From Candidatus Parcubacteria bacterium (GTDB lineage Bacteria; Patescibacteriota; Minisyncoccia; Phycocordibacterales; Phycocordibacteraceae): DNA of 64,000 bases. Position numbers and translations under genes: made by a program. Each line of letters begins with the position of its first letter. The stretch's first letter is position 1. This document shows positions 52,641 to 61,940 of this stretch, piece by piece. The stretch covers positions 52,260-116,259 of the forward strand of contig JAXDML010000010.1 in assembly GCA_034666125.1 (NCBI GenBank), read 5' to 3'. The notes under the pieces were generated by a model. The model was not told where the DNA came from. It searched no databases and saw only the letters and a program-made list of their open reading frames with translations.

Positions 52641-53729
52641 ATGAGGAAACTCGTCAACGCTCTGCTGACGCCGCTGGTGGCGTTCGCTCTGATCATCACT
52701 TCGTTCATCGCCCCGACGGCCAGTCTGGCCCAGTCGTACCGTTCGCTCGACGCCTATCCGGCGATCTGCCGTTCGGTGATGACCGAGCAGCGCATGCACG
52801 GTACCGCCATGTATCGCGGTGCCGACAACCCCGCTCAGCTTGCCGAGGTCATCCAGGCTTCCCTGGATGACGACGAGACGGGCATGACCCGCGTCCGCGC
52901 AAAGCCGGGCGATCAGGCGTTCGCGCGCCCGATCGACTGGTTCTGCACGCTCAAAGCGGTCGACTCGCGGGCGGCCAACCTCAATTCGGTCGCCGACCTG
53001 CCGGCCTATATGCGCACGCTCGTTGCGGCCAACCCGCCGCAGGGCCGCGTGTGGTCGGCATGCATCACGCAGGCGGGGGTTCTCCTCCACTGCATGCTGC
53101 GTCATTACGAACCCAACGAGAAAGTCTGGGTCAATCCCCAGACCGCTGTGGGCGTGATGCAGGGCAACTGCGCGAACACCATCGAAGGGCCCGAAGTCCC
53201 GAACGTCTGCTACGTCTTCGAGCACAATTACTACCAGCAGCGCGACGTGCGGTGGTTCGAAAGGGGCAATACGACCTACGCCCTGGTCTCGACCCACATG
53301 TCCCTCACGGAGCAGCAGATGCGCCGCGTTTACGCGGACGATTGCTACTTCGTCGAGGACGAGACCGGCCGATACAAGCCCCGGCCGGACTGCCCGTTCC
53401 TGTTCTGCCCGCCCGGCAGCACGTGGCCGAACCTCGCGCTTGCGCGGGCGGTCGGGCTGCCGGCCAGCCCGCCGGACACCACGATCCATTATTGGCTGGC
53501 GAACGGAAGAGGCCGCCTGTCGGTCCCGCTGTGGGCGGCGCGCATTCTCGCGCAAGACAATGGGGAGGTTATCCCCTGCGTCTACACCGTCGACTATTTC
53601 GTTTCGGTGGCGGGTTTCGAGCGTTGGAGAGCGTTCGCGCGCTTCGACCGGGCTCGGGGGCCTCAAATTCGGCCGACGCTCCGCGCCGGTCGCTACAGCG
53701 AGGTTTTCCAAGGGCGCGTCAGCTACTAG
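52641..53729 (+). CDS. Secreted Cys/Trp/Tyr-rich protein of unknown function
   Basis: Signal peptide 'LLTPLVAFALIITSFIAPTASLAQS'; 12 Cys; no family recognised. Confidence 0.55.
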   Translation: MRKLVNALLTPLVAFALIITSFIAPTASLAQSYRSLDAYPAICRSVMTEQRMHGTAMYRGADNPAQLAEVIQASLDDDETGMTRVRAKPGDQAFARPIDWFCTLKAVDSRAANLNSVADLPAYMRTLVAANPPQGRVWSACITQAGVLLHCMLRHYEPNEKVWVNPQTAVGVMQGNCANTIEGPEVPNVCYVFEHNYYQQRDVRWFERGNTTYALVSTHMSLTEQQMRRVYADDCYFVEDETGRYKPRPDCPFLFCPPGSTWPNLALARAVGLPASPPDTTIHYWLANGRGRLSVPLWAARILAQDNGEVIPCVYTVDYFVSVAGFERWRAFARFDRARGPQIRPTLRAGRYSEVFQGRVSY

Positions 53730-53859
53730 GTCGCGGTTCTGGCAACGGGGAGGGGGTGGCGGGTCTTCGGATCCGCCACCACCACCTCTTTTTGTACGCC
53801 GCGGAAGCGGCAGAGGAATTCATTATCACAAGATTATCCGAAGCGTTACTTCAAAAAAT

Positions 53860-55611
53860 ATGACCATCGTAAATGACTCAATCGCATACGCAAAGACTCG
53901 CCCGATCGCTGTCGGCGTGTTCACCATTGTCGCCGTACTTGCGGTAGGCTTCGGTATCGGGATGGTGGGCGGCGTAGTGAACGTCGGGAAGGCCGACGCG
54001 TGTTGCGTGCTTCCTCCGACTCCGCCACCCCCACCCCCTCCTCCGCCACCCCCGCCACCCCCACCCCCTCCTCCGCCAATCCCGACTCCGCCGCTACCCC
54101 CGACCCCGCCTGAGGAGGATGAGGGCCGCTGTATCTCTCTTTCCGCTTCCCGTTCCGTTATCACGGCACCCGGTCAGGCAGTCGTCCTTACCTGGTCCAC
54201 CGAAGACGTCGATTCGATCAGCATCAATAACGGCGTCGGCACCGTTTCGCCTACCTCGGGAGGCTCGGTCACCGTGTACCCGACCGGAGATACGACCTAT
54301 GTCGCGACCGTAGAAGGCGGCGACCAGAACGATAACTGCCGTGCAAGCGTACGCCTTGAGACGGTGGTCATCACTGATGAACCTCGCTGCGTCGACCTGT
54401 CGATCAGCAAGAGCCGCATCGAGGAAGGGGAGTCGGTCATTCTTTCCTGGGCGACCCGGAACGCGAGCTCCATCAGCATCAATAACGGCGTCGGTTCCGT
54501 GACTCCGGTATCGAGCGGCTCCGTTACGGTCCGTCCCACCCGCGATACCACGTACGTCGCCACCGTACCCGGCGCACCGTACAACCCGGACTGCGAAGTG
54601 ACCGTCCGTATCGACGAGGATGAGGACGAACCGCGCGAACGCGACCATGATCGCGATGATCATGACCGCGAACGTGAGCGTCCCGAAGTCTTCATCGGTT
54701 CGGAGGAACGCCCGAACGAGCCACCGCTCGCGAGCGTCTACCTCTCCGAGATCCCGTATACCGGCCTTGACCTCGGTCCCGCAGGCACCGTCGTGTACTG
54801 GACCATGCTCGTTCTCTGGAGCGGTGCCGCAGCGTACCTGGTCCTCTTCAACTTCCTGCCGTACCTCTTCCGCCGCGCAGCCACCGACGCCCTCGCCGAG
54901 TCCGGTCATCTGCCCGGATGGGGCCCTGCAGCATCCGCCGCACCTGCCGCGGCACCGATCGCGCGCTCCGCGCCTTCGGCACCCGCACCGGCCGTGCACC
55001 AGGCAGCGCATCGCGCAGCCGTCGTGACCGCGCTCCCGCAGCGCTCCGTGGCGGCAGCACCGGCCCCTGCATCGTCCCGCGTGTACTCGCCCCATGAAGG
55101 ATTCCGCTCCTTCGCCTCGAGCGGCTCGCTCACCATCGACGACATCGTGAAGGGCCTGTCCCGCGAGTCGGGCATGGAACTCGAGATCGCGCCCGTAGCG
55201 CCGAGCGCGCCTGTAGAGGCCATCGCTCCCGTAGCAAAAGCCGCTCCTGCGCCCGCGCGTGCCGTAAAGAACGCGACCGAGTACGCTGACGATATCCCCG
55301 GCTTCATCGAGGCGCTCATCAGCGGCGACCGCGACCATGTCTTCGGGACCGTCCGGAATGTCACGAAGCAGGGCGGCAACTCCGAGGAATTCCTCTCCGA
55401 AGCCGTCTGCGCGCTCGACGACGCGTACCGTGCCCGCACCGAAGGCGCCGACGTGCATCCCGAGATCGCCCGCGTGACGAAAGAGTGCCATACGTCCTTC
55501 CTCGAGAAGCTCGTAGCCTCGCTCGCGACCGCGCTCGACTCGAGCTACTCGGCAGGCATGACCGGCACGAAGCTCGCGCTCACCCGCGCGCTCGCCGTAG
55601 TCAACGGATAA
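53860..55611 (+). CDS. Bitopic/dual-TM surface protein: N-terminal TM, poly-Pro stalk, two Ig-like repeat domains (same type as in 33423..35720), acidic stretch, 'IPYTG' plus TM plus RR segment, Ala/Pro-rich region and C-terminal cytoplasmic domain
   Basis: In-frame ATG 53860 (MTIVNDS) inside the longer artefactual ORF 53440..55611. 'LTWSTEDVDSISINNGVGTVSPTSGGSVTVYPTGDTTYVATV' x2. Confidence 0.55.
   Translation: MTIVNDSIAYAKTRPIAVGVFTIVAVLAVGFGIGMVGGVVNVGKADACCVLPPTPPPPPPPPPPPPPPPPPPPIPTPPLPPTPPEEDEGRCISLSASRSVITAPGQAVVLTWSTEDVDSISINNGVGTVSPTSGGSVTVYPTGDTTYVATVEGGDQNDNCRASVRLETVVITDEPRCVDLSISKSRIEEGESVILSWATRNASSISINNGVGSVTPVSSGSVTVRPTRDTTYVATVPGAPYNPDCEVTVRIDEDEDEPRERDHDRDDHDRERERPEVFIGSEERPNEPPLASVYLSEIPYTGLDLGPAGTVVYWTMLVLWSGAAAYLVLFNFLPYLFRRAATDALAESGHLPGWGPAASAAPAAAPIARSAPSAPAPAVHQAAHRAAVVTALPQRSVAAAPAPASSRVYSPHEGFRSFASSGSLTIDDIVKGLSRESGMELEIAPVAPSAPVEAIAPVAKAAPAPARAVKNATEYADDIPGFIEALISGDRDHVFGTVRNVTKQGGNSEEFLSEAVCALDDAYRARTEGADVHPEIARVTKECHTSFLEKLVASLATALDSSYSAGMTGTKLALTRALAVVNG
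54010..54115 (+). repeat. Poly-Pro-coding CCN tract containing a direct duplication of about 30 bp (ccacccccaccccctcctccgcca x2)
   Basis: Read directly. Confidence 0.7.
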
Positions 55612-55630
55612 TCGAGCCTTTATCAACGAC

Positions 55631-55662
55631 GAAAGCCGCCGGCCCTAGGGCCGGCGGCTTTC
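55631..55662. terminator. Perfect 15-bp inverted repeat gaaagccgccggccc/gggccggcggctttc between convergent 53860..55611 and thrS
   Basis: Read directly. Confidence 0.65.
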
Positions 55663-55673
55663 GCGTTACGCCC

Positions 55674-57419
55674 CTACTTCCTTCCGAGTACCTCCTCCGT
55701 GATCCGCTTGATGAAGGCCGTGACCTTCATCGCGTCGAGCTTGCCCTCGTCGCGGCTCTCGACCGAGACCGTACCGTCCGACGTCTCCTGGTCGCCCACG
55801 ACGAGCAGGTACGGGATCTTCTCGTGCTTGGCATTGCGAATCTTCTTGCCGAGCGACTCGCTTGCATCGTCGACTTCGACGCGTACGTTCACGGCCTTGA
55901 GCATAGCTTCGACTTCCTCCGCGTACCCGTTGTGCTTATCGGAGACCGGAAGTATCCGGGCCTGCACGGGAGAGAGCCAGGCGGGGAAGTTGCCGGCCGT
56001 ATGCTCGATATAGACCGAAAGGAAACGTTCAAGCGAGCCCGCGATGGCGAGGTGAGTCATAACCGGTGTCTCGTCCGAACCGTCTTCTGCCGTATAGGTG
56101 AGACCGAAGCGGGCGGGTTGTACGAAGTCGAGCTGCGCGGTCGCCAGCTGGTGCTCCCGGCCGATGGCGTCGATCGCCATGAAGTCGATCTTGGGGCCAT
56201 AGAACGCCGCTTCGCCCTCGGCGATAAAGTAGTCGAAGCCCCCGCCTTTAGCTATGAGCTCAAGCTTCTCCTCCGCTTCCTTCCATAGCGACTCCTCGCC
56301 AAGGTACTTTTCCGGCGCCTTGAGGTCTCGGAACGAAAGACGCGCGCGGAAGTCCATGCCCATGGTCTTATAGAAGGCGAGAACCATTTCCATGATCGAG
56401 CGATACTCCTCTTCGATCTGGTCGCGTCTGCAAAACACATGGCTATCGTCCTGCGTGATCGAGCGCACACGGGAGATTCCGGCGAGCTCGCCCTTCTTCT
56501 CGTCACGGTAGACGGTCGTGGTCTCGAGATAGCGAATGGGTAGGTCGCGGTAGCTTCTGGGCTGGCCGGCGTAGATCTGCGTATGATGCGGGCAGTTCAT
56601 CGGCTTCAGAACGAACTCGTCGCTCGTCTCCTGGCTCTTTACGAGGAAAAGCTCGTCACCGAACTTGTCCCAGTGACCGGACGTCTTGTAGAGATCGGTC
56701 TTCGTGATATGCGGTATCCAGACCTTCTTGAATCCGCGAGCAATTCGCAGTTCCTGAGAGTACGTATGTATTTCCTCACGAAGAATGGTGCCCTTGGGCG
56801 TAAAGAGAGGAAGGCCCGACCCAACGAGCTCCGAGAACGTAAAGAGGTCGAGCTCCTTCCCGATCTTCCGGTGGTCGCGCTTCTTCGCTTCCTCCTGTTG
56901 TGTCTCATATGCCTCAAGGTCCTCCTTCGTGCCGAAGGCGAGACCGTAGATACGGGTGAGCATCGCGTTCTTCTCGTCGCCGCGCCAGTACGCGCCCGCA
57001 ATGCGGTCGAGCTTGAATGAGTCGGAAGCGATCTCCTTGGCCGGGTTCTCGCTGTGTCCGCCGCGGCAGAGGTCCCAGTAGTCGCCCGATCGGTAGAAGG
57101 TGAGCGTCTGCCCGTCCTTCGAGAACTCCTCTATAAGCTCGTGCTTATAGGGGTTGTCCGGATATTCGTCCTTGGCCTGTTCCGGGGAGAGCTCGAAGCG
57201 CTCGAAGGAGGTCCAGGTCGGAAGGAGCCGGCGCATCTCCTTCTCGAGGGCGGGGAAGTCCTTCTCGGAGATGGCATTCGTCGGGAACTCGAAGTCGAAA
57301 TAGAAGCCGTCGTCGATAGCGGGACCGATGGTCCGTTTCGCGTCCGGGCGAAGCGTAAGCACCGCTGCGGCTAGAAGATGCGCGAGCGTGTGGCGTCTGT
57401 GTTCAAGTTCCTGGTCCAT
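55674..57419 (-). CDS. thrS: Threonine--tRNA ligase (lacking the N-terminal TGS domain)
   Basis: 'HRRHTLAHLLA' editing-domain His motif; class II catalytic core and anticodon-binding domain; 581 aa. Confidence 0.9.
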   Translation of the reverse strand: MDQELEHRRHTLAHLLAAAVLTLRPDAKRTIGPAIDDGFYFDFEFPTNAISEKDFPALEKEMRRLLPTWTSFERFELSPEQAKDEYPDNPYKHELIEEFSKDGQTLTFYRSGDYWDLCRGGHSENPAKEIASDSFKLDRIAGAYWRGDEKNAMLTRIYGLAFGTKEDLEAYETQQEEAKKRDHRKIGKELDLFTFSELVGSGLPLFTPKGTILREEIHTYSQELRIARGFKKVWIPHITKTDLYKTSGHWDKFGDELFLVKSQETSDEFVLKPMNCPHHTQIYAGQPRSYRDLPIRYLETTTVYRDEKKGELAGISRVRSITQDDSHVFCRRDQIEEEYRSIMEMVLAFYKTMGMDFRARLSFRDLKAPEKYLGEESLWKEAEEKLELIAKGGGFDYFIAEGEAAFYGPKIDFMAIDAIGREHQLATAQLDFVQPARFGLTYTAEDGSDETPVMTHLAIAGSLERFLSVYIEHTAGNFPAWLSPVQARILPVSDKHNGYAEEVEAMLKAVNVRVEVDDASESLGKKIRNAKHEKIPYLLVVGDQETSDGTVSVESRDEGKLDAMKVTAFIKRITEEVLGRK

Positions 57420-57444
57420 AAGTCTTAAGTATAGCGTTACTAAA

Positions 57445-57479
57445 ACGAAATACCCCCGCGCTTGGCGGGGGTATTTCGT
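57445..57479 (-). terminator. Perfect 15-bp hairpin acgaaatacccccgc/gcgggggtatttcgt downstream of dnaE, T-rich on the minus strand
   Basis: Read directly. Confidence 0.55.
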
Positions 57480-57573
57480 GCGTGACGTAGGACCACCGCC
57501 GGAGGCGCTAGGGGGTAGTGGTCGTCGTGGTCACGAAAGCCATGGGGAAAGTATAGACCCGTCGTATTTTCTG

Positions 57574-60500
57574 TCAAAGCGCCTTGAGGTTCTCGAGCGC
57601 GAGGGTGGTCTCGCCGTTCCGGATGGATACCGCTCCCTTGATGAGCACGCAGGTCCCGGAAACGACCGCGCGCGCCTGCTCCTTGTACAGCTTCGGGAAG
57701 ATGACCGCCTCGATGGAACCGGTCTTATCCTCGAAGGTCACGAAGGCCATCTTCTCGCCGCTCTTGGTGAGGTACGTCTTCACTTCGGTGATGAGCGCCG
57801 GGAGGATGACCGGGAATCCGGGGCGCGGTTCCGCGAGGATGCCTCCGATGGTCGCCGTGGCCTTCATGCGGGTCTCTTCGTGCACGTCGAGCGGATGCCC
57901 GGACACGTAGATGCCGAGGAGCTCCTTTTCCCAGGCGAGCTTGTCGGCTGCGGACGTTTCCTGGCCGGAGGCGGCGGGAAGATGGAGCGTGGGCGCCATG
58001 GCCATGGCCCCGAACAGCGACTCCTGTGCCGCCGCCTGCGTGGCATCCCGGTGAAAGGCGAGCTGCATCTCGATGTTGTCGAGCAGGTACGTGCGGTCGC
58101 CGAAACGGTCGAGCGCGCCGCATTTGGTGAGCGATTCGAGCGATTTTCGGTTCAAGCTCTTCGCCGCGACGCGCGACAGGAATTCGGAAAGCGTCGCGTA
58201 CGGACCGTTCTTCACGCGTTCGTCGAGGATGGCATGCGATACGCCCTCGCCGAAGTTCTTGATGGAGGATAGACCGAACCGTATGGCGCCTGCCTTGTTG
58301 CCTTCCATCGGCACCACGGTAAAGTCCGTACCGCTCTCGTTCACGTCGGGCGGCAGCAGGGGGATCCGGAGGCGCTCGCATTCGGCGGAGAAGTTCGCGA
58401 TGGCGTCGGTATCGCCCGAATCCGCAGTCAGCACCGCAGCCATGTACTCGACCGGATAGTTCGCCTTCATGTACGACGTCTGGTACGCGACCTTGCCGTA
58501 GCAGGCGGCGTGGGCCTTGTTGAAGCCGTACGCGGCGAAGGGCTCGATGAGCTTCCAGATCTTCTCGCTCTTGGCCGGGGGGAGCCCTCCGTGCTCCTTG
58601 AAGCCCTCCATGAGCTTCTCCTTCTGCGCGGCCATCTCTGCCGGGATCTTCTTGCCCATGGCCTTGCGGAGCGTATCGGCCTCGAGCCACGAGTACCCGC
58701 CGAGCGTGATGGCCGTCAGGAGCACGTCGTCCTGGTACACCAGGAGGCCGTATGACGTGTCGAGATACTCCTTCATGCGGTCATCGATAAAGTTGACGAG
58801 CGCCGGATTATGCTTGCGCTCGATATAGGCGGGAATGGTTTCCATCGGGCCGGGGCGGTACAGGGCGACCATGGCGTTGATGTCGTGGATGGTCGTGGGT
58901 TTGAGCTCCTTCAGGTACCGGGTCATCCCCGATCCGTTCAGCTGGAACGTGCCCTCGGTCTCGCCACGCGCGAGCATGGCGAAGGTCCGCGCGTCGTCGA
59001 GCGGCACGTTCTCGATGTCGATATCAGTGCCGAGCGTCTCCTTCACGCGCGCGACGGCATCCGAAAGTATGGAAAGGTTCTTGATGCCGAGGAAGTCGAA
59101 CTTGAGGAGCCCCACGCCGCCGTATTCGTCGGTGATCGAGTACATGTCGTACTGCGTGATGAGCTTCCCGGTGCCCTTGGGATCGGGCTGGAGAGGCGTC
59201 CACTCGATGAGCGGAGTAGGGGAGATGACGACGCCGGCGGCGTGCACGCCGACGTGCCGCACGCAGCCCTCGATGCGGCGCGCGAGCTGGAGGACCTCGC
59301 GGGCATCCTCGTCCTCGTCATACAGTGCCTTGAGATCCGGCTCAATCTCGAGGGCCTTGTCGATGGTCATCGGAAAGCCCTGGGAGCCGATGGGAATGAG
59401 CTTCGCGATGCGGTCGCCCACGCCATACGAGTGCCCGAGCGCGCGCGATACGTCGCGCACGGCAGCGCGCGCCATGAGGGTCCCGAAGGTACCGATCTGC
59501 GCGACATTCTCGTCCCCGTACTTCTGCTTCACGTACCGGATCATGTCGTCGCGGCGGTTGTCGGCCATGTCCATGTCGATATCCGGGGCCTTCGGGCGCT
59601 CGGGATTCAGGAAGCGCTCGAACGGAAGCTTGTACTCGATCGGATCCACGTTCGTGATGCCCGTAAGGTACGACACGATGGAGCCCGCAGCCGAGCCGCG
59701 GGTGGTCGTGAGGATCCCTTCCTCCTTCGCGTGATTGAGCAGGTCCGAGACGACCAGGAAGTATCGGGCGAATCCCTTGCCTTCGATGATGTTCAGCTCG
59801 TATTCGATGCGTTCTTCCACCTCGGGGGTCTTTTCCATGTTTCGCGTCTCGAGCCCCGCGTACGTCTTCGCGCGCAATTCGTCGCCATGGGTCTTAAAAC
59901 CTTTGCCAAGCGGCACGTTCGGGAATGTCCACCTCCCGAGCTCGAAGGTGACGTTGCAACGGGCCGCGATATCGCCGCTGGCCCCGACCGCGCCCGGCAC
60001 GTGCCCGAACCAGCGGTCGATGTCCTCGACGCCGACGAACGAGAAGTCCTCGTCCTCGTTCCCACCCGTGCTCGTGCTCCCGTAGCGGATGCGTCGCATC
60101 ACTTCCGTCGCCTCGCGGTCGTCGGGCTTCACGTAGTAGACGTCATGCTGCGCGAGGAGCGGCACCTTCGCGCGAGTGCCGATCTCGATGATCCTTTCCA
60201 TGCGGTCCATGTGCCCCGGTACCTTCGGGTGATGCGTTATCTCCAGGAAAAGATTGTCGGGGCCCATGATGACCATGTATTCGGCGAGTGCGGCCGCGGC
60301 GCCGTCAGCGTCGCCCGCAGCCAGCAGCTTCGCCACGTCGCCGGCGAAGGACGGCATGATGGCGATGAGCCCCCCCTTATGCTCGCGCAGGAGCTCCCGG
60401 TCAATGCGCGGCCTCTCGAAAAAGCCTTCTATGTGAGCCTTGCTCACGAGCGCAAGCAGGTTCTTGTACCCCGCGATATTCTCCGCGAGGAGCACGATGC

Positions 60501-60762
60501 GCGAGTACTTCGCGTCGTGAACCGGATCCTTGTCGAAGCGGGACCGCGGCGCCATATGCAGATCGACTCCGAGTATGGGCTTGATCCCGCGCTTCTCTGC
60601 CGCCTTATAGAACTCGATGGCGCCGTGCATGTTCCCGGTGTCGGTGAGCCCGACGGCGTCCATGCCCTGCGCCACGGCGGCATCCACCAGCTCGTCCACC
60701 TTCGGCAGAGCCTCGAGGAAGCTGTAGTGGCTGTGGGTGTGGAGGTGGACGAAGCGCGACAT
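57574..60762 (-). CDS. dnaE: DNA polymerase III alpha subunit
   Basis: PHP 'FVHLHTHSHYSFLEALPKVDELV'; polymerase core and C-terminal OB region; 1062 aa. Confidence 0.9.
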   Translation of the reverse strand: MSRFVHLHTHSHYSFLEALPKVDELVDAAVAQGMDAVGLTDTGNMHGAIEFYKAAEKRGIKPILGVDLHMAPRSRFDKDPVHDAKYSRIVLLAENIAGYKNLLALVSKAHIEGFFERPRIDRELLREHKGGLIAIMPSFAGDVAKLLAAGDADGAAAALAEYMVIMGPDNLFLEITHHPKVPGHMDRMERIIEIGTRAKVPLLAQHDVYYVKPDDREATEVMRRIRYGSTSTGGNEDEDFSFVGVEDIDRWFGHVPGAVGASGDIAARCNVTFELGRWTFPNVPLGKGFKTHGDELRAKTYAGLETRNMEKTPEVEERIEYELNIIEGKGFARYFLVVSDLLNHAKEEGILTTTRGSAAGSIVSYLTGITNVDPIEYKLPFERFLNPERPKAPDIDMDMADNRRDDMIRYVKQKYGDENVAQIGTFGTLMARAAVRDVSRALGHSYGVGDRIAKLIPIGSQGFPMTIDKALEIEPDLKALYDEDEDAREVLQLARRIEGCVRHVGVHAAGVVISPTPLIEWTPLQPDPKGTGKLITQYDMYSITDEYGGVGLLKFDFLGIKNLSILSDAVARVKETLGTDIDIENVPLDDARTFAMLARGETEGTFQLNGSGMTRYLKELKPTTIHDINAMVALYRPGPMETIPAYIERKHNPALVNFIDDRMKEYLDTSYGLLVYQDDVLLTAITLGGYSWLEADTLRKAMGKKIPAEMAAQKEKLMEGFKEHGGLPPAKSEKIWKLIEPFAAYGFNKAHAACYGKVAYQTSYMKANYPVEYMAAVLTADSGDTDAIANFSAECERLRIPLLPPDVNESGTDFTVVPMEGNKAGAIRFGLSSIKNFGEGVSHAILDERVKNGPYATLSEFLSRVAAKSLNRKSLESLTKCGALDRFGDRTYLLDNIEMQLAFHRDATQAAAQESLFGAMAMAPTLHLPAASGQETSAADKLAWEKELLGIYVSGHPLDVHEETRMKATATIGGILAEPRPGFPVILPALITEVKTYLTKSGEKMAFVTFEDKTGSIEAVIFPKLYKEQARAVVSGTCVLIKGAVSIRNGETTLALENLKAL

Positions 60763-60802
60763 GGGTACAGGATACCAAATTGAGAACTGCTATAGTTTTC
60801 GG

Positions 60803-61402
60803 ATGAGATTCGTACTCGGCGTGGACGAGGCGGGACGGGGCCCGTTGGCCGGGCCGGTCGCCGTGGGGACGGTATGCGTGCGTAAGGATTTCGATATCCC
60901 TACGGCCTTCCCGGGACTCAACGATTCGAAGCAACTGACGGAGAAGAAACGGGAGAAGCTCTTCGAGCTCCTGCTTGAACGCGTCGTCGCAGACGACGCG
61001 TCATACCACGTCGAGCTCGTAGGCCACGACGTCATCGATAAGCGCGGCATCGTGCACGCCGTACGGCGTGGCGTCGAGAAGGGGATACGGAAGCTCCTGC
61101 CGGAACCCGCAGAGGGCAAGATATGGCTCGATGGCGCGCTCCGCGCGCCCGACACATACGAACAGGAAACCGTCATCAGGGGAGACTCCCTCATCCCGGC
61201 CATCATGCTCGCTTCGGTCGCCGCGAAGGTCACGCGCGACCGCTACATGACGCGGCTGGCGGAGCGCTACCCGCTCTACGGCTTCGAGCGCCACAAAGGC
61301 TACGGCACCTCAGCGCATTACGACGCGCTCCGCGCACACGGACTCTGCGACCTCCATCGCCGCAGTTTCATCCATCTGGCCGAGCCCGCCGTTGTCCGAT
61401 AA
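60803..61402 (+). CDS. rnhB: Ribonuclease HII
   Basis: 'LGVDEAGRGPLAGPVAVGTV' catalytic DEAGRG motif. Start ATG 60803 (MRFVLGVDE) within the ORF open from 60737. Confidence 0.85.
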   Translation: MRFVLGVDEAGRGPLAGPVAVGTVCVRKDFDIPTAFPGLNDSKQLTEKKREKLFELLLERVVADDASYHVELVGHDVIDKRGIVHAVRRGVEKGIRKLLPEPAEGKIWLDGALRAPDTYEQETVIRGDSLIPAIMLASVAAKVTRDRYMTRLAERYPLYGFERHKGYGTSAHYDALRAHGLCDLHRRSFIHLAEPAVVR

Positions 61403-61448
61403 GAAGCCGAATTTCCTTTTTATACGGCCCTGTGCTACGGTGGGACGC

Positions 61449-61820
61449 ATGTCAGTACGAATGCGCCACACCAGTTCCCATACCAAGAACCGCAGGAGCC
61501 ACCATGCCCTGAAGGCTACGAACCTCGTGAAGGACAAGGAGAGCGAAGCTCTCCGCCTTCCGCATCGCCTGGACGAATCCACGGGCATGTACCGCGGCAA
61601 GCAGATCGTCCCGACCGACGAGCTGAAGCGCCGCGAGGAGCGCATGAAGAAGCGCCGGAGCGCGAAGGAGAACCCTTTGACCGAAGGCGTCCGCGAGCCG
61701 GTGCACGCCACCGAAGACCCGATCGCCGCGCCGAAGGCGCCGAGCAAGGAAGGCCTTCTCGGCCGTTTCACCAAGGGCCGCGCGAAGGCGCGCTCCGGTT
61801 TCGGCGGGAACGCCGGATAG
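61449..61820 (+). CDS. rpmF: Ribosomal protein L32 with about 65-aa basic/acidic C-terminal extension
   Basis: 'MSVRMRHTSSHTKNRRSHHALK...ESTGMYRGKQIV' aligns with the E. coli L32 motifs RRSHDAL and GYYRGRKV. Confidence 0.75.
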   Translation: MSVRMRHTSSHTKNRRSHHALKATNLVKDKESEALRLPHRLDESTGMYRGKQIVPTDELKRREERMKKRRSAKENPLTEGVREPVHATEDPIAAPKAPSKEGLLGRFTKGRAKARSGFGGNAG

Positions 61821-61940
61821 TGGCTATACGCATACGTTCGAGCGAAGCGCGGCCGTACGGCCGCGCTTCGCTATGCACATACGGGTGCAGTTGCGCCTTT
61901 GCGCTTAATCCTGGTACTCTATGCGCACAGCTCTTTCCAT

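Noticed and set aside
52641-53729. Reverse transcriptase / diversity-generating retroelement because of 'VYADDC'
   Set aside because: Protein has a signal peptide. No RT motifs A or B at appropriate spacing. No template/variable repeat pair was found. This is a coincidental tetrapeptide.
53440-53859. 5' extension of the 53860..55611 ORF (open from 53440)
   Set aside because: It overlaps the 3' end of the secreted Cys-rich gene in another frame and encodes Arg/Ser/Gly-rich low-complexity sequence. ATG 53860 is followed immediately by a TM helix.
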